Assembly: GCA_043228905.1 (NCBI GenBank)
Contig: JBHGNT010000006.1
Span: 18,786,001-18,850,000, forward strand
Direction: 5' to 3'
Origin: Azolla caroliniana
Taxonomy: Eukaryota > Plantae > Polypodiophyta
Length of the DNA stretch: 64,000 nt
This document shows positions 12,791 through 24,239 of the stretch, one piece after another. Both the position numbers and the translations under genes were made by a program. The notes below the pieces were generated by a model, which was given only the letters and a program-made list of their open reading frames with translations, did no database searches and was not told the origin of the DNA. The stretch's first letter is position 1. Each line of letters begins with the position of its first letter.

Positions 12791-13272
12791 ACTGAACAGC
12801 TTCCCGAGGAACCATTGGAACCCTTAGATCAAAGCATTCTGGACATTTGGAAGGAAGAATGAAGGCCGGATCGTGGGATTCGACGTACAAGGTACTGTCC
12901 CACGAGCATGCCATGTGTTAGCCGGCCAGCAAGGGAAGTCCAGAATGGGAAAAGGGGGATAATTAATAATCGGGAGCTGATTATATATAATATAGAATTA
13001 TTATGATTTTTTAGAAGCCAACAGACGGACCCAGAATCGGTATACCGATCCGGATCCAGATCGGTTCGTAGCCGGTTGCTGGTTGGCACCAGTTTGTACC
13101 TAGAGCCAGAGACCTATAAAAGGGCCTGGTTAGATTGTAATCATTGGCGGATAATTAATAGAGAGGTTTTGTTCTGTATCTTAATCAGTGTTAATTACCA
13201 TTTTGTGCTAAGTATAATTCATCTATAAAATTGTTCGTTGCACCGGATCCTCTAACCCTTTCGAACTCTTAT

Positions 13273-14535
13273 GGAGAGAGAGATAGATAGATAGATAGAT
13301 AGATTATATTATCGTCTTCGGAGGTCAAATATGACCTATGAGACCAAAAATATTACATGTCACGTGATACGTGTGAAGGTGAGTAGCGACTCACGATGCT
13401 CAAGAACTTTGCCAATGAATGTTGCAATCGAGAGTGCACATCGTGGTTGTGAGAGAAATTCGTGCAAGGATTGGGCTCCAAAGAGATGTGGAAAGCATGG
13501 CCGAATATGATCAAAGGCAGAGCATTGTATCAAAGTGTGATACTCAGACTCTCGGACTTGTTTAGGGCAAAGTGTGCATAGTCGGTCACTCTCATCACTT
13601 GTGCCCCAACGCCCCGTCTCACATCTCAATGCATGCGAGCTAAGTCGCATGGAAGCAATGGTTCGAATGGCAGATATTGGGATGGGCTCTAATATGTAGC
13701 GATGTGTACGGCTTCCCCGTTCCGCGAAGAATATGGTTTTGTAGTTAGGTGCAACATTTATGGTATAATGTGTGAAGCGTGAGCCACCACATTTTTCCCA
13801 TGTCATGATACATTGGCGTTGCAAAAAGGCCTCATTTACAGAGGAATCTAGTGACGCATCATGAAGCAAGTGTCTTGCATCCCATCTACCAAACCATTTT
13901 TCTAAATCTTGCATCCAACCGGAACACAAAATTTTGCTTTTATGCGTCTTTTGGATCTTTTTGCTTGCTTCCCATGCAATTCGAGGAAGTCGATGTGCGG
14001 GGCTTTTTTGAATTTTAAGCATGTATTCAACAACCCTTTCCATGGCCATGACCTCAATGGGAAGTGATCCCGTCTCAAGGAGGAGGAGGTTGTAGGGCGT
14101 TTGTTTCTTAACTTGTAGAAACTTTGTGAGAAAATGTTTTTGGACATTTTCAAACTCTTTCCAAGTAGATTTAGGGATGCTACCGCCCCATATTTCCACC
14201 CCATAGAGAAGAACCGGGGTCACCAAAGTGTCGAAAAGATATTTCTTGAGGACCCAACACTTAATATCTCCAAGATTGCATGTGTTCTCAAATGCATAAT
14301 ATGCACGCTTACCCGCCTCTAAGCGGCGTGTAGCACATTCATTCCATTTATGATTTGAAGGAACTTCAAGGCCAAGATATTTGAAGCTTTCCACACATTC
14401 AAGTGGCTCATTGTTGTACATAATGCATGGTTTATCTCTTTTTTGACTCTTCACAAGCATAATCTTTGTTTTAGAGCTATTGACACTTAATTTAGTATGC
14501 ATGCAAAATTTTTCCAATGCCTTCATAAGCTTTTG
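13273..14535 (-). mobile_element. 5'-truncated non-LTR retrotransposon (RTE/RTEX-like LINE)
   Basis: Uninterrupted 388-aa ORF 13360-14526 with RT C-terminus (LSVNSSKTKIML, FKYLG) and C-terminal CxxC..H..C finger (RLCTLC..ESEYHTLIQC); short 3' UTR ending in a (TATC)n/(TC)n tail at 13273-13302. Confidence 0.85.
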
Positions 14536-16338
14536 TGAGATATAGCAAGTTGAATTTGGCAGTTTGTACGAGAAGCAACGATAGCAATAAGGAATCTTGT
14601 GTTGTCGGCATCCACATACTCAAAACTCATTGTGGGTCTTCGATTGCTTTCAAAATCTTCGACCTCTTCAATCGGGTGAGTTCTGATTTTCTCTCTTGTT
14701 CATGGAAAATTGTTTTTATCCCGGATCGATATAATGATGGACATAAACATGAATTCCTCACAAATTGTGGGGGATATTGATATGGAAACAATCGATCCAG
14801 AAAAGAGTAATGTGATGGTTGAATGTAATCGTGAAAGGGAAGACATTGGAAGCTCTAAGAGGTTTAAGGGAATTCAAGAAATTAATGAGAAAAAATTAAC
14901 ATATGCCGAAATAATACATGTAGATGAAGTTGACAAGGATCACTGAAATTGCGATAATTTATGGGGAATTGTCAATACCTTATTGTCGGATATTGTGGAA
15001 GAAAATGAAAATGCAGCGAAAGAATGCATTGAAGAGGATGTGCATGATGTGGAAGTTGATGTTAAGGCAGTTTTGCAATCATTTGATGTATTCTATGATT
15101 GTGTTGTTATATTATTTTTTACCGGCAAACTCCCATATGTTAATTGGATTAAACAATAGTTGAACACAATCGTGTCACCAAATTGTGTTGAAAATATATA
15201 TGCAGGACCATGAGGGTTTTATGATGTGGTATTTCGTTCACCGGAGCATCGAAGTGCATTGTTGGGTAAAGTTCCTGTGTTTTTTGATAAACGATTGGTG
15301 CATGTTATGCAATGGTTCCCCATAGTGGACTCTCATGCTTTGTTAAAACAAGAATTTCGTGTTTGGGTTACAGTGGATTGTAAGCATGCTTTTTAATGGC
15401 CACTTTTACCAGAGTTGATGAGTCAAATGGGTAAAGTGTTGGTATCTCCACATGCAAATGCTACAAATAAGTGCAGATTTTGTGTGTTATGGGATACAAG
15501 TCACAAGAGGCCAGGATGGGTGCGTATGAATGCTCCTAGTATGAGAAGTCTTTGTTTTAAACTGAAGTGGGAGACATTTGCAGGTCATTGTTTTGGATGT
15601 GGTGAATGGGATCACTTTATAGCGGAATGCCACGGTCATTGTCCTTCAACTACAAAGGTTCCTATTGAAGGGAACGATAAGGAAAGAGTTGGGAGAGAGG
15701 TTGGTGTGTCAGATTTTGTGGATGAAGGAACATCACCTAGAGCAGGTTATAAAGAGGTCTCACTTCAAGGTTTGGGCCCTAAGAATAAGGGAGTTGAATC
15801 TATGGATATGGAAAACAAAGTTTAGTGGTTAAAGATAAGGGGAAAAAACCGTTGGATAGAGCTAGTAGTGATGTTGTTGACAAAGATTGGCATGAGGTTA
15901 AGGGCAAGTCGAAAGGGAAATCAATGAATATGCAGCGTAGTAGCTTGCCCACTACTCATGTGACTACTTGGCAAGGTAATTCAGGAACGAGGGAGGGCCC
16001 TCGAAAAGTTCCTTGGCAACGACAATCTAGGGACAAGGGATTAGCCCTTCACCTTCAATTTGATTCATTGGGACGAGTTGTAAATTCATCGAATTCTTGA
16101 GGTTTTCGTCAAGAGGGAGGACCTAAAAAAAAGATTTTGATAGACAACCCTAAGGATGTGGTGCATGAAAATCCATATGCAGCATTGGAGCATGCTTTGA
16201 CTAGTAGGGTGAAATTATCACATAGAGTGCATCGATCCCATCTCATGATGGAACCACAGAAACATCTAGATATGCAAGCAGAGGATTTGCTTTCCTTTAT
16301 TTGAGATTCGGCCCAAACTATTTGGCAAATTCCCACAT
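14536..16338 (+). mobile_element. L1-type LINE 5' UTR and ORF1 N-terminal part, decayed
   Basis: DUF4283-like segment (GFYDVVF..., MGKVL) and zinc knuckle HCFGCGEWDHFIAEC; several stops. Confidence 0.75.
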
Positions 16339-16351
16339 GTTACAAACCCTT

Positions 16352-17140
16352 GGTATGGAAGAGTCGATTCAATGGCAAAGCATTCTTCTACACAAATTTA
16401 AGCCATTAACAAGGTAAAGAGTCCACACCACATGCATTCATTCCATTTCCAGCATCCCACTGTATATAACAATATTACTCACTACCCAACCTTGCTCAAT
16501 ATTGTGGCTCATGTGCCTTACATATCACTACCTCTTTATGCTAAGTGGTTGAAACTTGCATACCTTCCAATAGAAAATTTATATACAAGTCTAAGAAGAA
16601 CAGTCTAATCAAACAACCAACATGAGCTTGATATAGCCATTGTTTCTAGACAAGAATGGAGCTTGTCCCATGTAAGCAAGAATCAAACAAGTATAAATTG
16701 CACATGTAAAAGCAAGCTGAAATATACAACAAAATACTCATTAGACATTTTTCTTATAAAAATAATTGTATTCCACTAAACAAATAATGATTGAATCATA
16801 GAAGAACCTTGATCGAACACTCTGAAAAGTGCCCAAAGTCTGCAATCCAAAAGCAAACAAAATCTACGTAGAGATGCCAATAAAATCTTGCCATATTTCA
16901 TTTCATTCATATATGTTTTTGAAGCAAAAGATACCTAATAATGGAAATTTGTTGTTGGAATATACTATCTCATGTGGTTCAACAGACCAAGAGATTAAAG
17001 TTGTTTTGACTTTGAAATATTGACTAAAAGTCTTTCTAACATAAGAATCGAAAATTCTTACCTGAAGGCATGTAGGCTGCAGAAGGTGCTCTAAGCATGA
17101 TAGGGGGTCCTCATTGTCATGCACTATGCAAGCTCCCTAT
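16352..17140 (-). pseudogene. Multi-exon gene fragment, possibly a transposon-borne Ulp1/C48 protease
   Basis: Short GT-AG exons splice to ..IMLRAPSAAYMPSDFVCFWIADFGHFSECSIKKQWLYQAHVDLYINFLLE..; stops in the flanking exons; family call rests on motif resemblance only. Confidence 0.4.
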
Positions 17141-17142
17141 CC

Positions 17143-20100
17143 TTTTTTTTTGGGGGGGGGGGGGGGGTGAAAACACACAATTATATTAATAAATGTGTGT
17201 GAAAAACACTACTTACAATACGTGTGACAATGGAGTATAGTCACACACTAACCACACTACACTACATGGGTAGTGGAACATGTTAAATTGCCAATAGGCA
17301 AGACGAACACTCCACCAAGGAAAAAATTTCCACTTGTTCCAATAAAGAAAATTGCCACATTAGTACTCCCTTCAACTTTCGTAGATATGCTTTCACTCCA
17401 TGTCTACCATCAAATACAAAAGCGTTGCGCATGTTCCAATTATGACGCAATCCCCAATATCTCAAAAATAGGAAAACAATCTCCATCTCTGATTTTGGGT
17501 CAGCTTGTGTAAATTGTGCAAACACCCATTGTCTAGGTGTCAAATAACTCCGTGATAAAACTTGCCAAATTTGAGAAATGTAACTCCAAATTTGACAAGC
17601 AATTGGACATTGTATAAATCGATGAGTACTATCTTCTATCTAAACTGTGCAAAAGAAGTAGGTACCCGTTGCTAGTCCACGACGCTTTAAAGCTAATCCC
17701 AAAGGCAATCCTCCGATCAAAACTCTCCAAATGAATACCTTTGCAACAAGTGGCAATTTAGAATGCCAACTACGTTGTAAGATCTGCCACCACCCATGAT
17801 AAGATTTGTGTATTTTCCATTCTTCTTCAGCCTTGATTGATAACCATCCAAGAGACTCAATGGAACAATGATACAAAAGATTAGTAGTCACTTGTAACAA
17901 TGGTGTTTGACCCCTTAAACTCCAATCAATCCACGGTTGTTCTCCTATTTGTAGAGGTAAGGGACCTTGCATCAATGCAATATTCTGTAGTTGTTGCCAA
18001 ATAAACCCATAATTAGGCGGGATGCGTAATAATTGTCGTGCTTCAGTAAACTCCAAAATTCTTTGAGATGGAACCTCAACTATATCTCCCACATCTTTGA
18101 CCCCCAAATGAAACAAACGATTAAATTGAGAACGCAATCTCTCCTTTCTTGGCCAACATAATAACCGAGAAGACACAAGTAACTCTTTTTGCAAAGAGTT
18201 ACAATGCTCTCTACTAGATGATGGTTTCCATACACATAACAAGAGTGCTTCTTGCCATGAGGTAACTAAGTGTTGAACACATGAACCCGGAATCCTAAGT
18301 GAAATACATCCATTCAGTAATTGCCACCATGAAGCCTTAATCGTTGTCCTCCCATGTGTTAAACCCTTGTTCTCAATGAAATATCGAACAATAGATATCC
18401 ATGGTTGTGAGTTTGAACACATGTCTTGTAATAATGAAAATCTACGAGCCATCATATGCATAGATAAGTTCAATATTCCAACCCTCCCCAATCACTTAGG
18501 GGTTGCTAGATGATTCCAAGCAATCCATATGATGCCCATCTTATCCATCTTCTTCCACAACAAATATCGAAGAGGTTGCAAAACAGAATTCAATGCCTTC
18601 TTTGTCCATGACAATAATGGCAAGTAATATAATATCATGGGTTCCATAATACATTGTACAACCTTCAAGCGAACATGAAATGGCCAAGATTGTGACTTCC
18701 AATACATGAACTTATCCCTCAACTTACTAGACATCCATTCAATCAATTGACCATTTGTAACATTCATTCCTAATGGATAGCCCAAGTGTCGAAAAATAGA
18801 GCCTTTCTTCACCACGGATCCTTGCCATCCTAAACATTCCAAATCCCTTTCAGTGCATGATATGAGACTAGACTTCCTCCAATTAATATGTAATCCGGAA
18901 GCCAATGAAAAATGATTCCATACAAGCATCCCCTTCTCAAGATTCTCCCGTGAGGCTTGTAAAAACATGAAAGAATCATCCGCCAAAGCTTGTGCTACTA
19001 TTTGCCCTCCGGATGGAAGGTGTAAACCCACAATGTCACCATTTATTGCAAGTCTTGATAGCATCACTAACAAAGGATGAGTAACAATAGCAAACAACAA
19101 TGGGCTAAGAGGGCATCCTTGACGAACGTATCTTGTGAGGGCAATATCTGATGTAACTCCCCCATTAAGCATTACCTGAGACACTGCATCTTGTCCTAAT
19201 AAAAATATGAGGCGAGACATACGAGGTCCAAAGCCCATTGTATGCATTAACCCAGAAACAAAAGACCAATTAACATGATCATAAGCTTTCTCCAAATCTA
19301 ATTGCACCATAATCAATTCTTGATGAGTGTTCCGAGCATAATCCATGGCCATTTGAACATTCAACACATTATGCAATATATTTCTACCTGCAATAAAACC
19401 ATATTGGTCGGGGTGTATCAACTTTGGCAAATAATTTTGTAATCTATTTGCCAAGTCCTTCGTAAATATCTTGTACAACGCCCCCATCAAAGAAATAGGT
19501 ATCCATTGATGAAATGACTTAGGAGATGCCACCTTTGGAACTAGTTTAATTAGACCAATCTTTCAAGCTTGAGGCATACAACCAGAATCCCAAGACTGTT
19601 GAAACATCAAAGCCAAGGGCCCCTTTAAAATGTTGGAATATCTCTTAAAAACTTCATTTGTCAAGCCATCCCAACTAGGGCTCTTACCACTAGGAAGATG
19701 CCTTAAAACTACATCCACCTCATCCTCAGTGAAATCCGCATCCAATTCATGACTAATGAGATCATGCATAATACATCCAACCACATCATAAAACTCATGA
19801 CGTGCTCTACTCACCTCATCTATCATTAACAATTGTGGACCAATCAACTCCTTAAAGTAATGAAGACATATGTCAATTATTGTTGTAAGATCCACTATCA
19901 ATTCATCCCCTTGCTTCACATGTACCACATTAGATCGAGCATAAGTAGGATGTAATGCTTGGAAAGACAAATGAGATTGACATTGATTATCAATGAGTCC
20001 TTCCCTGAGTTGTCGCATCTTAGCATAACGATAACTTTGGCATTGCAACTAAGAAATAATAACATGCAATTGACTCTAAATATCCAAAATCTCCTCATCT

Positions 20101-21555
20101 AATGGTGTATGTATCAATAATGCATTACGCCTAGAGAGAACTTGTGAGAATTGTCGAATAAGACCTCTTCTTCGTTCAGCATTGGTTACTCCATACATAG
20201 GATGAATGATGTTAATGTTTCGTAATGTGATATCCCATGCTTGAACTCCTTTAAGATTCACTTGTTGAGAAAAATTTACCAAAATTTGCTCCATGAGAGA
20301 ATCAAAGTGAGGTTGAAGAAAAAGAGAAGAGTTAAAGCTTAGTGGAGGCTTTCCAAGTAAAGATTTATACATGTCAATTGCATGATTACACACCTCCAAC
20401 CAAATAGGAAAGTGATCTGAAGTTCCAACATCTTGTAGAACATTCATACGAAGTGATGTCAGTAAAAAAGAATCATCATGCATCACATACATTCTATCTA
20501 ACCGACTCCATGTTTGTCTATGTTGAATAGATTGGAAGGTAAAACCTGGATCATTCCCTTGCAACTATGTCCAAACATCCAACTTCAGAACCTCCATAGC
20601 CAATGAGTCCCAAGCAAGTTGCTCAAGATCATCCATGATTGAATGTTCAGACGTGGATTGAAATGCATCAACACATGTTAAAATCGCCCATAAGTAATCT
20701 TGGACGTCCAATAGATAGGGTTTGAAGGAGTGAACCCCATAATGCAATATGTTGAGTGGCTTGGTTAGGGGCATAAATCCCAACCACCCACACAACCTCG
20801 CCAAAAAAAGTGATTTCTAGAACCAAAAACTTACCATAAGGATCATTATGCACCACTTGAGGATAATACTTATCCCTCACGATTAATACCACACCTGAAT
20901 AATGATTATTAAGATGTCCTGCATAAAATGATGAATATCCACGCAAATGCACTGTGGATCCTGCTAACTCATGACACTTATGCTCAATTGCACATACTAC
21001 AGCCCATTCTCTACTTAACAAAGTTTCCCATAGTATATACTTCTTAAGAGGAGAAAATGCCCCGCTCACATTCCATGTTACCACTTTCATTCAATCAACA
21101 ATGTTATGGGAGCACTTGCTCCTTTAGAGCAACAGGCTTCCACATACTCCAGTCTGGTTGCACTCATCCATGCATTTGTCCAATATATTTACACACTTGT
21201 GATTAAATCCTTCCAAGCTATATGGTGTTCGTGCGAGTGATAGTTGTAGGTGGAGGGGGGTAGAAGACTCTATTAGGAGGATAGACGTCACTGTTTGGAT
21301 GTGACTTGTCAGTAATAGCTATCTGAAGACCACAATGTAACAAATAAGTATGGGCTCTCAACCATCCATAGATCAAAAGTAATTGTGGAATCTCAAACTA
21401 AGTGTGCTATGTTATAAGGTCTTCCAGTACATTGCAATACAAGATCCCACTTCCTATTCACAAGTTTAGAAGATGAGGTGAAAATGAATTAGGTACTCAT
21501 TGATAGAAACATCATCAATGGGTTAAATGTGCACAATGATACATTCTCTTAGCAA
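17143..21555 (-). mobile_element. L1-type LINE: ORF1 C-terminus, ORF2 (APE endonuclease, RT, zf-RVT) and poly(A) tail; decayed
   Basis: MKVVTWNV, GDFN, SRLDR, SDH (endonuclease, 20076-21090); QYGFI, LDLEKAYD, VRQGCPLSP, ALADD (RT, 18492-19560); KVFIWR..C (zf-RVT); A9 tail at 17143-17151 after a C-tract. Confidence 0.93.
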
Positions 21556-22938
21556 ATGTGTGTGTATAGTTTTTGGGATATATGGTAACACTTTAAGTAG
21601 ATAGCTCTCTCTATTCCCATGTAAAGAGAGTGTTTTATCTATATAAATATGTACATGTATTGAGTTTTTTTTTCTAAAGGCGGTTTGCGTTTTTCTTCAA
21701 GATATGGTATGGGTTTTTTCCCCAATTACATATTCACTTCAGGTTTGTATTTTTCTAGAGATATGGCGTCGTTTTTTTACCTTTTGATCACATATTCATC
21801 CCTATAGATAAATGTTTGGGTGTGTTTTTGCTTCCCCCATTTAGATACTATTGATATCATATATATATGTATATATCTAGCCCATGCAACTGCTTTTTTC
21901 TTATTGGATATGATATGTATAAATATCTGTCTATTCACGTGTACGAGGGCGTTTATTTTGGTTCTCACCATTTTACACATGCGCCCTCCTATGCAAACAA
22001 TTTTATTTTCGAGGAACGATATCCACAATATTAAATTTAGAAAACGAAATATTTTTCTTTATTTTTCATGTATATTTCCCAATATATTTTCCAGGCATTT
22101 GGGTGTTATAAAATAGAGCACCACACACATTATTCTTCGTTTCTCACAAGTACGTCTTTTGGCATGACCAAATAGATTCCCTAGTTCGTTCTATATGTCT
22201 TGTGATCATGGCAATATTATTTGGTTGTATAATTAGCAAAACAAAAACTTTTCAATCTAGTACAAACTTACTTCACACTTGGCCAACTTAAGGTTGTAAA
22301 TTGAGATAGTTGCCCAATTCACACAACCCGAGCACGGCCATTGGGAAAACAAAATTCTTTTGTTACAAGGACATATATCGTAGACTATGTTACACACATA
22401 TCTTGGTGACCATTTGATTTTTTTCCAAATAGTTTAACACGTATGGCAATCCCCTATTCAAATTTGGCTTATCTACCTTACATGTCTATTGCAATGTAAT
22501 GCTCTACTTTTGCCGAACATGTTTCACAATGTTCTTGTTTGGAATTCGAGGTTACAATCACATTATCTTAAACCATGGTCAAATATAGGAACATGCCTTT
22601 GGCTCACATCAATGACTTGGTCATGAGATCATCCTAATTGGAGATGGCACATGATGTTAAGTTTTACATAGATTGAAGTTGTATTCTTTCCTCAAAAGTA
22701 TGCCATCAACAAAACGTTTCATCAACATTTCAAGGTTAACAATATGGAATAAATATTTATGTTGTGGTGTCACAACTAGCGCATAATGTGAAATCCCAGA
22801 ATCAATATTCGTGCATTGTGCAATTTTGTGAGTGGAAGGAAGGGAAGAAAAGTAGAAAAGGTTATGTGAAGGGGTTAGTTAAGGGACATAGTGAAGTATA
22901 TCATAGGGATAAAAAGACAAAGCCAATAATGGTGTAGA

Positions 22939-23385
22939 TAACAATCGGCAGTTGTTCGGTTTGAACCAAACCGAACCACAAAACCGCGGTTTAACGGTTT
23001 CAACAATTCGGTTTGGTTCAAGTTTGGGGTTTTTTAAACAGTCCGGTTTGGTTTCAACAGTCAAAATCTGCGGTTTAAACGGTTTAACGGGTTTTTTTAT
23101 TGTAAAAATTTTAAAATAATTCTAAAAAATTTTAAAATTTGTTTTTAAACAATCTTTTCATTTTTAGACCTTATTCTCACATTTTAGTAACATTTTAAAA
23201 AAAATTTAAATTTTAAATAATGAAATATTATAAATTTTAAAAAATTAAAAATTTGGCCTATGTTGAAAACCGAAACCAAACCACGAAACAGCGGTTTTTA
23301 CGGGTTAATGGTTTAACGGTTAAAAAAAACTTTAACGGTTCAGTTTGGACCCTCTCAAACCGAACCGAACCATTGCCGATTGTTA
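22939..23385. mobile_element. Non-autonomous hAT-type element (MITE, 447 bp)
   Basis: 12-bp perfect TIR TAACAATCGGCA; 8-bp TSD GGTGTAGA (22931-22938 and 23386-23393); subterminal AACCG/CGGTT motifs. Confidence 0.92.
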
Positions 23386-24239
23386 GGTGTAGAGCCCAAA
23401 TGGCGAAGGGTGTCTAATTGGGTGAAATGTTGTGAAGATTTGAGTGGGAAATGCACATAAAATGGGTATGGGCTACGGTTTTATTTTGCCTTTCCTTTCC
23501 CATTTTAAAAAGAGAAGGAGAATAAGGATTATTGTGTTTTGGGGTTTATGCTTGCAGGGGAGTAAAATGGGGTTTTGCTTGTGGGCTATCTTCTTCTTCT
23601 ATATCTTTTGTACGGGTTAGGGTTATGAGAGTTTTAGTGGGAAGAAACCTTCAAGAGTTAAAGAGGAGTTTGTGGATTGATCCATCGCATTGTAAGAGGG
23701 TCAGTGAGTGATGTGCACAACCCTAATGTAAGTTGGTACATATAAGATATATACTCTCAATTGGTTTGCTATTTGAGTCTTTGGTGGGTTTGATTGTCCT
23801 CTCGACTCTACTCTCAGATAAAGACTCAACACTTCTCTGTAGATGTGATCCGAATAGCCACAACAAAAGTGAATAACAAAATGACGGGCGATAGATTGAA
23901 TGTTATAAATACAACAAATGAGATTAAGGTTGAGGAAACAAAGCTAGTTTCGAAAAGGTACTTGTGGAGAGCCAGTCACTCTAAATATAAGATACTTTTA
24001 AAAGCGACAAATAGGGTATGTCATAATAATATAATATATAAATGAACAAAGGTTGGTAATGAATCTGAAACTCAATTTTGTTGACTAGAAGATTATTCAC
24101 ATAAAATGTTGCAATTATTAATGGTATCCAGCCAAGGATACATTGTAAATAACTACTCCCACAATATTAGAAAGCTTTTATTGCATCTATGTGCACATGG
24201 CTCAATCTATCCATGTGGTTCGTGTTTGATTGTGTGACC

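Larger units (their letters stand above)
6699..13272 (+). mobile_element. Non-chromovirus Ty3/gypsy element (Tat/Phygy-like), decayed; host of the previous element
   Basis: gag 6703-7250 and 8191-8430 homologous to the gag at 4090-4734; protease (IVDGGSDVNVI) 8433-9083; RT (WLSPIVVV, RVCVDY, FLDDF) 9168-10203; integrase (FQKWGLDFVGP, GPY motif) 10204-11574; PPT 12947-12959; 3' LTR ~12962-13272; RT is joined directly to integrase, so RNase H is deleted. Confidence 0.9.
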
